Source of the DNA: a virus
Taxonomy: Duplodnaviria > Caudoviricetes
DNA: 64,000 nucleotides
Reading direction: 5' to 3' (one strand)
IMG/VR virus record: IMGVR_UViG_3300006092_000342
Location: 1 to 64,000 of that record
Each line of letters begins with the position of its first letter. The stretch's first letter is position 1. Shown piece by piece: positions 49,701-58,900 of the stretch. Below the pieces are notes generated by a model. It did no database searches, was not told the DNA's origin, and was given only the letters and a program-made list of their open reading frames with translations. Made by a program: the position numbers and the translations under genes.

Positions 49701-50181
49701 AATCTTCATAAGTAACATCGCAAAAACTTTTACTAATATTTAATACATAGTATGTACTACAAGCAACGAAAATAACATGATGTTCTCTACACTCTCCTTT
49801 TACAAAAAACTTAGGTTTAATCTTTTTACTAATTCCAAAATTTAATTTTTTTGTGTACTTGGAATCGTTTAAATACGTACTATACTCTTTTGTAATTAAA
49901 TTTACTTTTCCGATTTCAGAAGTACCTGTAGATTGATTATAACTAAAAACAAGTAATTCATTTTTGTCAGGAATTAAAATATCTCCTCTACTTACAAATC
50001 CTTCTGGAAGACTTGCTATGAACTCTAAAGAAGGTTCACTTGCAATTCCATAATTCTCATGATCTTCAGTTTCTACTACTCCATTTAAAAGAAAAGACCA
50101 TGTACCAGGTACTTGGTTTTCCTCAAGATTTGCTAACCATAAGCCCGCATTGAGATCATTTTGAATTTGGTCTTTCTTCAT
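43756..50181 (-). CDS. Tail stabilisation/muzzle protein (P22 gp10-like, crAss-type) with a Cys-rich insertion
   Basis: 2141 aa; propeller-like N-terminus (SEIG...LNF), RDEV, GHIPGR, GYWESTETYP, GDVYI, FTLSY...FHSYVPD; typical position between ring and cargo genes. Confidence 0.8.
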   Translation of the reverse strand: MKKDQIQNDLNAGLWLANLEENQVPGTWSFLLNGVVETEDHENYGIASEPSLEFIASLPEGFVSRGDILIPDKNELLVFSYNQSTGTSEIGKVNLITKEYSTYLNDSKYTKKLNFGISKKIKPKFFVKGECREHHVIFVACSTYYVLNISKSFCDVTYEDLLLLPCDCGPLVKLRQVKYGGLDLVGGKYYAFVRLTDEDNNHTNFFWGSDPLILDSPNQIPGEVSENAIDIVVEGNRSAHFEFIEIAIVRNIGFEVSVKLLPKIPFTRTKQQVLLTNHRQFSGIPITIDDIRNKDIAYIRGEDIDIIDGHAVLFNTYGEPNFPILKYSRNLRVRWFAKLAPLSEAHKYTSMPRDEVMSLALSKVWCDGTYSRFGHIPGRRATPYDREKIPISDPRNCTECELERWQVENTASVTKWYCGNPYEMMEDSQVSAFSLKIDKQDETDPNSGCPKGRHCNPGSVYQGIAVQGPCTATCSKSCYGLGCCKNGLCQNCGAKCSGCSGGCSGTSCTGGCSQGCSGNSTGSSYYNTGNEQIGLGVCDVVITYNKTPNCPACDAFDASGVWGQLAAALPQYNVHLVVIDRDPKDYIDISFEFDCMSGNSIVVGRTLDDFVNAITGWCECNEEPEETYDCRETGCIAAGQNGEWRSYQACKDNCSAERTSKWRCDPANGNCVTDLEGPYSTLFECSKHCNINGQERYRCTNGACEAAEDGEFSSLLACRSTCEYSQDGRFRCTDQGCLPDDNGDYSSYIECLTKCKKEDCPSGCAGCNTDCPEQGCLPTNPKNPIWYNDDSNTCILSEYGALNPWESFDFKAILCCIPEKCEPLMQLFGKKWTIPWENESELDLKTQIIRRRDGTEVKIYERPVYQPPVYQFDRKTTPTLSQALNSKICEPVPIYDEKGCNIIDYDLPIFAEGECGYWESTETYPLDKDCNGNFIYGQDAGMPIRHILGPDESVLPHYISFQNGVPHRLDPANLESNDAYVILLGYIITGIPDLDSEDYIKPGCNIRQWKIGMEPRDDSNSRVIAKGKLVGCFQGQLHAQSFMYPNHGVNSLEKFSMDIKWLNDNSRTPSRGGILPTVPAYVFFSPDTQYGKPPLNISQIKCPLEIYGSGRRHGTSSKMTEPDSYSARYYNRKGCRQAIHLNHYDRNSSKILVEEGYCTQELCFSFFIQLNQLPANRLVIVREVKIITAPTGIKTFKLRLLDNQGNDLTIDLLGKTNYRDSNTTKNLPFNSTFVCECFIEVETNEGCLYSAVLQNGLTVTYDVNNNSVFKEVCVFAKNRREPKYREVPSLYCVKAAVYAEANKIVNKEDRFTFSLMNKFRESSVYLELEPGSFPTLKHGIDPFLSDNSYNGNRNFGNLAANNTCDFSFMGDGKYHEADIHNASCHYAVLLRNIPNQYGRIENAKYADIHLLTETESICGAVNLLAGDVYIGQYSVKRHSVVSDRVGLNVNPSNFFEQIFGVSDCGDPPQSGEDDPRNNNMLRPGNPWDGTTPFQGYRGLSQYWPGVLTSNNTFMVECKVNLHARILGDERAPFNEIYYPKLKNQELDPNFPPKTDQEISWLSRMYWSIVGLSKLDKLVLWANTIIRLAVGILMYGAMSAISLTSVLGYVMIGLGIAFYVIFLSITRNTNLILLLGIDSCLGDQDGGPKIGGIKGFHDLHNKYDWSKSFTLLWYNYGVPIGYNLCKCLGELNGRVYIGNKQNVASKGDAFRRFKINNYIDLDTNFGLIKNLIHWGNRVWAQTSDSIKDLRFGQMSIDISNGDKARLGDGGFFGKPYDVFGNIAEGKGGCIDPSASITSEWGHFFIDRKARTINNWTGSNDELSTRGLKSFFKNNIRMYLAEDFPDYPGISQGHKTGFSLGIDHRFSRILITKKDWKCKNPTKLKLVNDIFYLKGTNTVIELGNPEWFENRSFTLSYYIGKEKRFFVGFHSYVPDYYTWDRNYMYNWNDGKLWRHADNKDSYLVFYDIKYPFIIDIVSREFNNRFGRGFEYASTLVGLKNMIWDEFAGKWRRVDKFFDYIGILNNYQSSGLLKTFVENPNSVSDPRDLAVTSYNSMQYEFYQVLNKVSTPEDLTAVLEKVNGLLPNMLKDLIKFDKTFGNANDSVFFDEYLRYRFVRQDLDKSVQTILKYVLTKIKSASDNET
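47917..48305 (-). repeat. Four tandem ~30-aa Cys repeats ([YWF]xC-x4-6-C-x5-6-G-x-[YFW]-x5-C-x3-C)
   Basis: YDCRETGC..GEWRSYQACKDNC; WRCDPANGNC..GPYSTLFECSKHC; YRCTNGAC..GEFSSLLACRSTC; FRCTDQGC..GDYSSYIECLTKC. Confidence 0.85.
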
Positions 50182-50196
50182 TAAACTTTAAATACA

Positions 50197-51165
50197 TTAT
50201 TCTAAATAGTTCTCAAAATCCCCAAAATCATATCCTCTACGATACATATTTTCATAGCCATTTGTTGGAATTAATTGATTTAATTGTGCTGCAATAGAAT
50301 CCCATCGATCAGGACTAATTTTAGATAATTCTCCAATTGCTGCATACTCTGTTTCATCTAATAACTGCTTACTTAATTTCAGACGAGCTTGTGTTTCATT
50401 GTCTAATTTATTGCGACTTCTCGCATAATCCCACCAAAAATCTAAATTAGCCCTAATAGCTGCAAATACTTTAGGATTATTTGGCACCTTCAAAAATCCA
50501 TCCTGCATTGCATATCCTTTGTAGGATAACAATACCCAACCTTCATCAAAGTTTAAAACAATATTGGGCAAATCAATTTCATACGCAATTTCAGTATCTA
50601 CATTTAAGTTTAAACATTCTTTTGTATAATATTGACTATTATGAAAAGCTCCTTGTGCTGGACGCATTATATGAAACCCAGGAGCTAATTTACAATTTCC
50701 ATAAGGATGTAAAGGATCTGGACTTTTAAAATTATGGAAATGAGGATAATTTTTTAAACGTAATTCCGGATAATCGAATTCCTGTAGATCGATTCGATAT
50801 AATAAATCAGAACATTCACATTCAGTTTTACCACACTTATTGCATTCTAGACTTACAACAAATTTACAATCATCTCCCAAATTGTATTGAATGTAATCTC
50901 TAATAATTGTACGAGTAGGAGGTACTTGTATTTGTGCAAAAGCTGCTAATGTCACATGACGAAACCCTGGAGGTAATACGCCTACTTTATTTTTTATAGG
51001 AATTAAGGCAATTCCTTTTATAAAATTGTCCCCACGTAATAAATTTTGAATACAATCATTTATAACTGCATACGCCCAACGTTGTTTAGGCAAATCAGTA
51101 TCATCTACTTGACGTGTTAACCAATCTTTATAGGCTTCTTCTATATGTAAAAATGATGTTTCCAT
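50197..51165 (-). CDS. Tail tubular/ring protein
   Basis: Size and position; LP..F, YEI....IVLNFDEGWVLLSY...DGFLKVP pattern of crAss-like ring proteins. Confidence 0.7.
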   Translation of the reverse strand: METSFLHIEEAYKDWLTRQVDDTDLPKQRWAYAVINDCIQNLLRGDNFIKGIALIPIKNKVGVLPPGFRHVTLAAFAQIQVPPTRTIIRDYIQYNLGDDCKFVVSLECNKCGKTECECSDLLYRIDLQEFDYPELRLKNYPHFHNFKSPDPLHPYGNCKLAPGFHIMRPAQGAFHNSQYYTKECLNLNVDTEIAYEIDLPNIVLNFDEGWVLLSYKGYAMQDGFLKVPNNPKVFAAIRANLDFWWDYARSRNKLDNETQARLKLSKQLLDETEYAAIGELSKISPDRWDSIAAQLNQLIPTNGYENMYRRGYDFGDFENYLE

Positions 51166-51626
51166 TAAACTCGGTGTAAAACTGTATCATAACTAGGAAC
51201 AGATCTATCTGAATGACTTTCTAATATAAATTTACTTATAAGTCCTTTAATATTTTTATGCCATCGAAATTGGTAATAGTCTGAATTACGCATTTGTGTA
51301 TATTGAAGTCTTGTATCCCATTTTGTATAAAACATGTATCCAAAAGTTTCATAGTTTAATTTCATTATTAAAATCTTCTTTTGGACAGACTTCATTTTAT
51401 CTCCATTGGTTAATAATCCATGGCATGTATTTCTTGATTTACACTTAACAAGAGAAATAAAACCCATTCTTCTCGGAAAAATGAAAACCCCATTTTTATA
51501 AATAAACTCTTTGCAAATTAAAGTTAGGATAGATACAATTACTTTTTTCCAGACTTCAAACGTGTATTTATTATTGTCTGTAGCAATTATGTAATCTTCA
51601 TATAAGATCTCAAAAGTTACGTCCAT
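51165..51626 (-). CDS. IHF/HU-like protein of crAss-like tail modules
   Basis: FIFPRRMGFISLVK, N.ETFGY....KW; lies between two ring genes. Confidence 0.65.
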   Translation of the reverse strand: MDVTFEILYEDYIIATDNNKYTFEVWKKVIVSILTLICKEFIYKNGVFIFPRRMGFISLVKCKSRNTCHGLLTNGDKMKSVQKKILIMKLNYETFGYMFYTKWDTRLQYTQMRNSDYYQFRWHKNIKGLISKFILESHSDRSVPSYDTVLHRV

Positions 51627-51627
51627 C

Positions 51628-52350
51628 TTATTTATTTGTAGGATGAGGTATTACAGTGTTATCAATATTATCCTGAATATAATCCCCTCGCATTTGATTT
51701 TTTCTTGGATCTAAATAGCTAGTAATAACCATTTCTTTACAAATACGAAGCAAATCTTTGTCTAAAGGAAAAGATTGTTCTAAAATATCAATACATTTTT
51801 TTATAGAAGTATCATTGCATTCTGGAAACATAAGTACTTCTAAAGGATCCTCCGCTAAAAGTTTAACTGCAATTGCTTTGTCTTGAATTGTATTTAAAAC
51901 ATAAATATGGATTTTATTTCCTACATTCTGATAAGTATATGCTAAAAAATTATCAAAGTTAAATCGTCCACCTTCATAATCACTTATACTTTCCCATTTG
52001 ATATAATCTAATTCTATATTACCTTCTAGTGTTGTAACAGCTTCAAATTGACCCATTAAAGGTTTAGGCACCGGATTAACGGTTCTGAGAACTTTTTTAC
52101 CTCCTCCTGGAATAAAAGGACATTCTGAAATACTAGCTTGTTGTAAACTAGCACAAGGAATAGTCTGAATATCAAAATCAGTATAACGTCTTGCTTTTAA
52201 ATATTTCTCATGTAATAAATAAATACGGGCATCCATAAGATCAGAAAGTACTGCTCTTTCGGAGATTCGCGATTCTTCTACTTGTTTCCCACTAGCATTC
52301 GCAATCTTTACAATAATATCATCTATTATTTTCCCGTAAGTTTCTGTCAT
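51628..52350 (-). CDS. Tail ring protein
   Basis: QTIPC..L......ECP...LRT...VP, EDP, FPLD pattern; position in the tail module. Confidence 0.65.
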   Translation of the reverse strand: MTETYGKIIDDIIVKIANASGKQVEESRISERAVLSDLMDARIYLLHEKYLKARRYTDFDIQTIPCASLQQASISECPFIPGGGKKVLRTVNPVPKPLMGQFEAVTTLEGNIELDYIKWESISDYEGGRFNFDNFLAYTYQNVGNKIHIYVLNTIQDKAIAVKLLAEDPLEVLMFPECNDTSIKKCIDILEQSFPLDKDLLRICKEMVITSYLDPRKNQMRGDYIQDNIDNTVIPHPTNK

Positions 52351-52351
52351 T

Positions 52352-53122
52352 TTAAGGTCTTAATAAATACTTATCAATCATCGCAGGAACATTTTGTTCT
52401 GAAGGCCAAAATACTGTCGTTACAGGAATCATTTTATTATGTTCTAAACTGTAGATAGCTTTTTGAGAATTAAATTCAAATAAACCTAATGCATTAAAAT
52501 TAGGTTTTTTTGTGATATCTAACGAAGCAATTCCTACATTATGTGCATGTATATATGAAGAACCCTTAACAAGAGAATGAACTTTTTTTGCATTTAAAAA
52601 CTCAATATCAAATACTCTAGGATCGTGCCCACGATTATTCCCCATAACAAAATCATAAAAGTATTGATCATATACATAGGCAGCATCTCCGCTTCCAGTA
52701 AGGTCCGTATAATATATTTTAGGAACTGAATTTTTATATGGATTTCCGGTAGGACAATAAATTTTTATAAAACATTCTGGTTTATTTTTCGGATGTATTG
52801 TGTAATATTTAGATTTTTTACTATCTAAAATCCAAACCGTTAATGAAAAATCGATAGACTTCTTCCGATCATCCTTTACAATAAAAAGAGAATCATATTG
52901 TTCTAAATGAAGAAAAGTAGTACCAAATTGTAAAAAAGATACCCCATTATAAGTTGCTACAATATTATAACTTAAGTTTTCTAAAATTTGTAAAGCACTC
53001 CTTTGTTCTTCCGAAGAAACGCTCGCAGTTCCAGATCCTATACAAGTTACTCGATTATTTGGAGTTTCAGGTATAAGAGATCTCCCTGAGTCAGAATTCG
53101 GTCCTAATATTGTAATACCCAT
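52352..53122 (-). CDS. Hypothetical protein
   Basis: 256-aa ORF tightly packed in the operon. Confidence 0.65.
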   Translation of the reverse strand: MGITILGPNSDSGRSLIPETPNNRVTCIGSGTASVSSEEQRSALQILENLSYNIVATYNGVSFLQFGTTFLHLEQYDSLFIVKDDRKKSIDFSLTVWILDSKKSKYYTIHPKNKPECFIKIYCPTGNPYKNSVPKIYYTDLTGSGDAAYVYDQYFYDFVMGNNRGHDPRVFDIEFLNAKKVHSLVKGSSYIHAHNVGIASLDITKKPNFNALGLFEFNSQKAIYSLEHNKMIPVTTVFWPSEQNVPAMIDKYLLRP

Positions 53123-53134
53123 GATCTTTAATTT

Positions 53135-53350
53135 TTATTCCCAAACTTTTAAAATTACCAAAAAATTAGCCTCTTTCATCCCTACTCCCAAATTTGAAAC
53201 ACTAAATTTACAATCTTCTTTCGGTCCACCAAACATTTCTTCACATCTTATGCCCCGTTTAGTCAAATCTGTAGTCAATTCTCCTTGGTGCACATTCATC
53301 TCATCTTCTGTAAGATAGGGGTAAATCCGATAACTTTCAAAAAACTTCAT
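53135..53350 (-). CDS. Small hypothetical protein
   Basis: ATGA overlap with the amidase stop. Confidence 0.55.
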   Translation of the reverse strand: MKFFESYRIYPYLTEDEMNVHQGELTTDLTKRGIRCEEMFGGPKEDCKFSVSNLGVGMKEANFLVILKVWE

Positions 53351-53940
53351 AATCCGTATAATTTACTAGCCTTAAAACCTGGACAAACCTTTGTAACTCC
53401 CGGGAATTCATTATGACCCAATACTTTGGCTTTTGGAAACTGCAATTTTAAACCGGCTACTATTCGTTCTAGCTCTTTATCTTGATAAGGGGTTCTGTTA
53501 TCTTGTCTCCACAAGGGATAATCAATGTAACATCCATCAATACAAACTCCGATTGTTTTACTGTTATATCCAGCCACTGTCCAACATAATTCCTTGTCTT
53601 CTAAGACTTTATTACCATTTAAAGGTGTAAGAGTATCAGTTATTTTATCTCGCCTAATAAAAAAATGATAGGGATTTCTTTTAAATCCCCTCTCTTTAGC
53701 AATACGTAAAATATCTTTCCCTGTAAGAGGATGTTTACTATTGCTCACACTGCAATGAATGCTAATGTATAAGACTTCCTGGGGACCATCTGCATACTCA
53801 TCTCCATACATATCTGGAAGATATAAGTCATTGATAACTACTGATGTCTCTTTTATCCAATTTGTAACAGCAAAGGCCAGCCAAAGGCCGGCCCCCGCCG
53901 CAATCAGAAGAATGAAGAAATTTTTTTTACTTTTTATCAT
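53347..53940 (-). CDS. N-acetylmuramoyl-L-alanine amidase (T7 lysozyme-like) with an N-terminal signal anchor
   Basis: IHCS, YHFFI, GYNSKTIGVC, GHNE...KVCPGF; N-terminus KSKK + FFILLIAAGAGLWLAFAV. Confidence 0.9.
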   Translation of the reverse strand: MIKSKKNFFILLIAAGAGLWLAFAVTNWIKETSVVINDLYLPDMYGDEYADGPQEVLYISIHCSVSNSKHPLTGKDILRIAKERGFKRNPYHFFIRRDKITDTLTPLNGNKVLEDKELCWTVAGYNSKTIGVCIDGCYIDYPLWRQDNRTPYQDKELERIVAGLKLQFPKAKVLGHNEFPGVTKVCPGFKASKLYGL

Positions 53941-54766
53941 TGTCTAGATTAAGTAATGTTCTGTAAATCTGAGGGTTAAGTTCCGTAGTTCTTCGAATTC
54001 GCGAACCCTGTCCTGTTGTAAGAGTATTTCTACAACTTGAATTACTGTAACTCATTAGATTGGTATTAAGAATTCTACTTTTCCTTTTACTTAATCCTGG
54101 GATAACGAAATCACAAAATCTAGTAAGATCCGGTCTTAACTCTGGACTGCTAGGGGTATCACAGACTTTATCCCCGGTTTTAGTATTGAGTCCATCCGTC
54201 ATATCGGATTCATGCGTATGTAAACAACCTAAACAATGCAATAATTCATGAATAGTAGAAGAAGTCCATAAATACTGCCGTTGAACCGCACAGTTAACTG
54301 TTGGAATATCCGTACCGGCACTGCCTTTAAAATCATCATAATCATTCTTTGTCAAATAAAGATTTAAGCATCTTTTTTTATTAAGATCTGTAAAACTCTC
54401 GAAATTACTAACACTTAATTTCCATAAAGGCAACTGCTCGCTACTATCAATTACATTATGATTCCTCCAAAATTCTCCAGATCGGGTTCCAATTACTTTA
54501 AAAAAGATATTCTCTTTATTCAAAGTATTAGGTTCTTCTGAATCAGAAAAACTATCTATGGCTTCTTGAAGCTCTTCTACCGTATAAGCTAAACTGTCAT
54601 GATAAATTTGATGTACAAAAACTTTATAAATCAATTTTGTGGTATCGTCAAAAAAGCGTTTATCCAATTTATAGCCTAAACAATCCCTGGGAGAAGGATC
54701 CCTATCATCAATTTCACAAGACTTTATTCCTAAAATGAAAAAAAGTAGGACACAAAACACTTTCAT
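53927..54766 (-). CDS. M43 (pappalysin/ulilysin-like) zinc metallopeptidase, predicted lipoprotein
   Basis: HELLHCLGCLHTH, GDKVCDTP, Met-turn NLMSY, C...LTTGQ..R; lipoprotein-like signal ending GIKS-C. Confidence 0.85.
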   Translation of the reverse strand: MKVFCVLLFFILGIKSCEIDDRDPSPRDCLGYKLDKRFFDDTTKLIYKVFVHQIYHDSLAYTVEELQEAIDSFSDSEEPNTLNKENIFFKVIGTRSGEFWRNHNVIDSSEQLPLWKLSVSNFESFTDLNKKRCLNLYLTKNDYDDFKGSAGTDIPTVNCAVQRQYLWTSSTIHELLHCLGCLHTHESDMTDGLNTKTGDKVCDTPSSPELRPDLTRFCDFVIPGLSKRKSRILNTNLMSYSNSSCRNTLTTGQGSRIRRTTELNPQIYRTLLNLDNDKK

Positions 54767-54777
54767 GGAATGTAGTT

Positions 54778-55917
54778 TTAATCCTGGTTATCAATAATAC
54801 CTGCACTCGCATCTCGACAACAAGTAGCTACTTTAAGTTTTAAAGTTTCTAGTTCTTGGAGAATTGTGCGGATATCTAATTTTAAAGCACAAATATCATT
54901 TCCTGTTTTATATCCGAATTCTTGAATTGTAGTTTCGTAAGTTCTTTTTTCGCAATTTTGATCACAATCAATTGCTTGAATCTTTTCCTCTCCTATATTA
55001 TCTAACCGACTGTAAATAGTACATATATGTCCGCTATGAACTGCTGTAGCTCCCCCAATACTTTTATCATGATATGTAACTTTCTTGCATCCAGCTAAAC
55101 CAATGAATCGATTGCTATCCATTCTAGCATTCAATTGACAAATTGCAGCTTCTAAAAGTTCATTGTATTGTGTTTGACTTAAGCCGGAACCACTGTTTTT
55201 ACTTGTACGATCTTCTACTTCTAAAATTGCAGAACTATCTTGAGGTTGGGGTGCGTCTAACGTTATTCGTTTTGACATAGTAACCAATCCTGCAGGCGTT
55301 CCAATATCTAAGGTAAATACTAATGCAATTGGAAACTGATCGCCTCTTAATTGAAATTGACCTATAAGATCATTAGTTTTTACAAGACGCGAATCTAAAC
55401 TAGTTGTTGGATTATAACTGAAAGCCTCTACTTCCTTTCGAGAAACTATATAATCTGCAGGCAGATCTTTTATAGCTTCTTCCATATTATAGGTAAGGTT
55501 GGAGTGTCCTCGCTCTGTCGCACTTACTGAGTAAATAATACCACGCGTTCCTAAAACTGCAGAATAAACAGAAGAAGTTCTTCCTAGACAAAATAAAGAA
55601 TTTTTAACTTTGATTTTATCTGAATCTAGATCTGCTAAAAGTTCTAAAGCTAGCTCCGCAGCTTCTCCTGGAAGCATATCCTTATAAGGATAACCATCGG
55701 GATTTACATAATTTTTTTGAATGTAATCTTGAACTCCTAAACCAATCTTTGTACACACTTCCTGCAGTGAGGTGCGATCAGATTCCTTCCAATCTTTTAC
55801 ATTGAAATGTGAAATTTCTGGCCCTCGGTAAAATACACAAGGGCCATAATTATAATCTGTACAACTGTGCTGACAATGATGACAATACTCCGATCCAAAA
55901 TTCCCGACTGCTCCCAC
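54778..55917 (-). CDS. Cys-containing structural protein with coiled-coil segments
   Basis: GTG start; CHHCQHSC...CVFYRGP; C-terminal coil + CC. Confidence 0.7.
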   Translation of the reverse strand: MGAVGNFGSEYCHHCQHSCTDYNYGPCVFYRGPEISHFNVKDWKESDRTSLQEVCTKIGLGVQDYIQKNYVNPDGYPYKDMLPGEAAELALELLADLDSDKIKVKNSLFCLGRTSSVYSAVLGTRGIIYSVSATERGHSNLTYNMEEAIKDLPADYIVSRKEVEAFSYNPTTSLDSRLVKTNDLIGQFQLRGDQFPIALVFTLDIGTPAGLVTMSKRITLDAPQPQDSSAILEVEDRTSKNSGSGLSQTQYNELLEAAICQLNARMDSNRFIGLAGCKKVTYHDKSIGGATAVHSGHICTIYSRLDNIGEEKIQAIDCDQNCEKRTYETTIQEFGYKTGNDICALKLDIRTILQELETLKLKVATCCRDASAGIIDNQD

Positions 55918-55921
55918 ACTT

Positions 55922-58900
55922 TTAACAATTTAAAGTTATAGATTCATTTGAACTAAAGGCTGTTGGATCTCCTAAACAAACTAATCTCACACTAACTGTA
56001 GAATTATATGGATATTCATAATCAATAGTAGCTCCCGCTAGAGGACTTACAGTACCTCGATAGACATACCCACTGCCGGCATCAATATAAACTAATACAG
56101 TAGTATTATTTGTATTGTTGACTCCCACTTTTCGATTTCCACCCACTACAGTGCAATATAAATCTCCCGGATCAAGTACTACAGCCCCGCAAGCTGCTCC
56201 ATTAGAGCACTCTCCAATGCGTACTTCACATTGACAACCATCTCCCGGATATCCAATTAACTGGTAATGAATAACCCGATCACGATTTGTAATTGGAACC
56301 CCACTCACAAAGCCGGTACCTCCCGGTGCAATTGTCATGGTAGGACTTACCCAAATCGATTGATTAACGCAAGTATTGTTAAAGTCACTTTCTAAAATTC
56401 TTACAGTAACAGCGGCAGTATGTGTTGCTAAACCGCTTAAATGAATAGCAAAGGCACTACCGCATGGATCTCCTGTTATCGAGAATAAGTCTCCAAAATC
56501 CATGCATGGGTCTCCGCTGCCACCGCCGGCACTACAATTGACTGTAATAGTCTTCTCAACAGTACAGAATTCGCTATCAGTTATAGTACGAATTTGGTAA
56601 ATTCCATTGCTTAAGAGATGTCCGGCTAAAACAGTCGTCCAAACACCGGCAATTTTAACTTGAACATCTGTACTTCCACCTGTCCATTGTAAACCAGGAC
56701 TTCCGCCAGAACAATTATAGGTTACTGTTCCTAAATCATCTACTACTGTAAGAGTTTTGGTAACACTTCCTAATAAACAGTTTTGGCCGGGACAAGCCAA
56801 CATAATATCAACTTGAAGAGTAGTACTAGCTTTTACTAGAACAAAATCGGTTTTAATAACTATTGGATCTATCCAAGAACCTGTTGGAATAGTATAAGCT
56901 GGCTGTGCTACTCCATCAATTTTTAATAAGAAATGTACGCTACAACCCGCCGGTAAAGCCGGAGTAGTAGGATCATCCAAGCCTGTAATACTCAATTCTC
57001 CATTAGAACAGTCTAAATCAATATCAGGAGTTCCGATATCAATAGCTGCACAAGTATTACATTTTAAGGTAATACTCTTATAACAAGTTGGATTAGCTGC
57101 TACGCGAACATATATAGTTTCAGTAGCCCCAGGCGCTAATGCTGAAGGTAATGCAATCGGATTTGTGTCTGCAGCCCAAGCTCCGGTACCTCCAATAGAG
57201 ACTTCATCCCAAGCCGGACTACTTACGATCGTAGCTTCATCACAATCTGTATTTAAAGTTGCACTAGTAATAGTTAAAGCACAAGTATCGCAATTAACAA
57301 CCAAATCTAAAGCTGTATTACAATCGTGGTTATCCACTCTTCGTAATCTCACTTTTCCTGGATAAGTTGCATTGGATAATACAGAGGCAATTCGTTTTGT
57401 AGCCCCTAATAAATACCAATCCGTACCATTCAAGGAATATTCAGTAGGAATGCTTCCTAAACTATTTACAACAATTTGTTGTAAATCACAATCATAATTG
57501 ACATTTGGATTTCCTAAATCACAACAAGTCATTGAGAAATTCAAACGTTGTTCACATCCGAAAGCATCTGTAACTTTTACATACCAATCACCACTTTCCA
57601 TCATTCCTGCAAAAGTGAAAGTATTTGGAACCGGTGCATCGTAAATAAAGCTATCAACTTCATGATCAATTGGAGGAATGGTTCTGACAACAACTACTCT
57701 ATAAGGAGCAGTTCCTCCCGTAAGTTCATATTGGAACCCGGTCGTACAACTAGGAATTCCGATCAAACTTAAACTCATTGGAGTTACACTACAGTTACAA
57801 GGGTTATTGATACTGAATGTTTTTACAATATCGCAGATATTACACTCATCCCCTGGAACTTTTAATCGAACTTCCGTTACAGGAACACCATAATTTATGG
57901 TAATACCGCCTGTGAATAGTTTTCCAGAAGTTACTGTATAGCTTCCATATAAACTACCATTAATCCATAACTCATAAACTTTACCTTCATACAGGCTACA
58001 TACTGTAGCCTCATCAATTGTAATTTCAGTATTACATAATGATTGATTAGGAGTTACAACTAAGTTTGGCGGCTGACAGAAACCAACTTTTGTAGGTCTG
58101 CTTTCATCTCCCCAACAACTAAAGAAAGTATCTTTATCACAACCACAATCAGTTAATAATTTTACATATTTTCCTATTTCAAGACCTTCCGCAGCGCCGA
58201 ATATATCCCGATAAAAATTACCCACTTTTAAAGCATAAGCTTCTCTGGCTTTTACTAGATTAGATAAAGCAGTTCCTTTGTACCAGGTAAATAAAGGTAA
58301 TTTACAACCGGCACGTTTTACCAAAGGAATAACTGCCGATTTAGTGGCTCCACAACCTGCAACACTTACTTTAGTACCTGCAGGAATAAAATATTTACAA
58401 TTATTTTCAAACGTGAAATCAATATCAGTTTTGATAATGAAATCGTAACGAATCACTGTAGCATTTACTACAGGGAGAGCGCATGCAGATTGATAGGCAT
58501 ACTGTAAATTATTTACAGGAACATATCCCCAATCTTCTGTAAAAGTCTGAATAGTATCTTCAGAACCATTACTGTAAAAAGCTTTGATCTCAATATTGTT
58601 AACTCCTAGATTTGGCGGGAAATCTTTGTAGATTCCGGTCATATCTAATAAGATCGAGTTTTGGTTATGGCCTTTACGTAACTTTCTGTTGAAAGATATC
58701 AATCCAGTAGAATCTACAGAAATGTCTAAAGCATACCCAATGTCAGGACAGCCACAACAATCTTGTGTAGTTAATCTACCTTCTAATTTACAATTTAGAT
58801 TGTCTTTAACGATTTTCAGTTCATCGAGACACTCTAATTTTTTATGTTCTTCACAAACTCCTGCAGGACAATCACAGCCATTTACCTGAGCACAAGTTGT

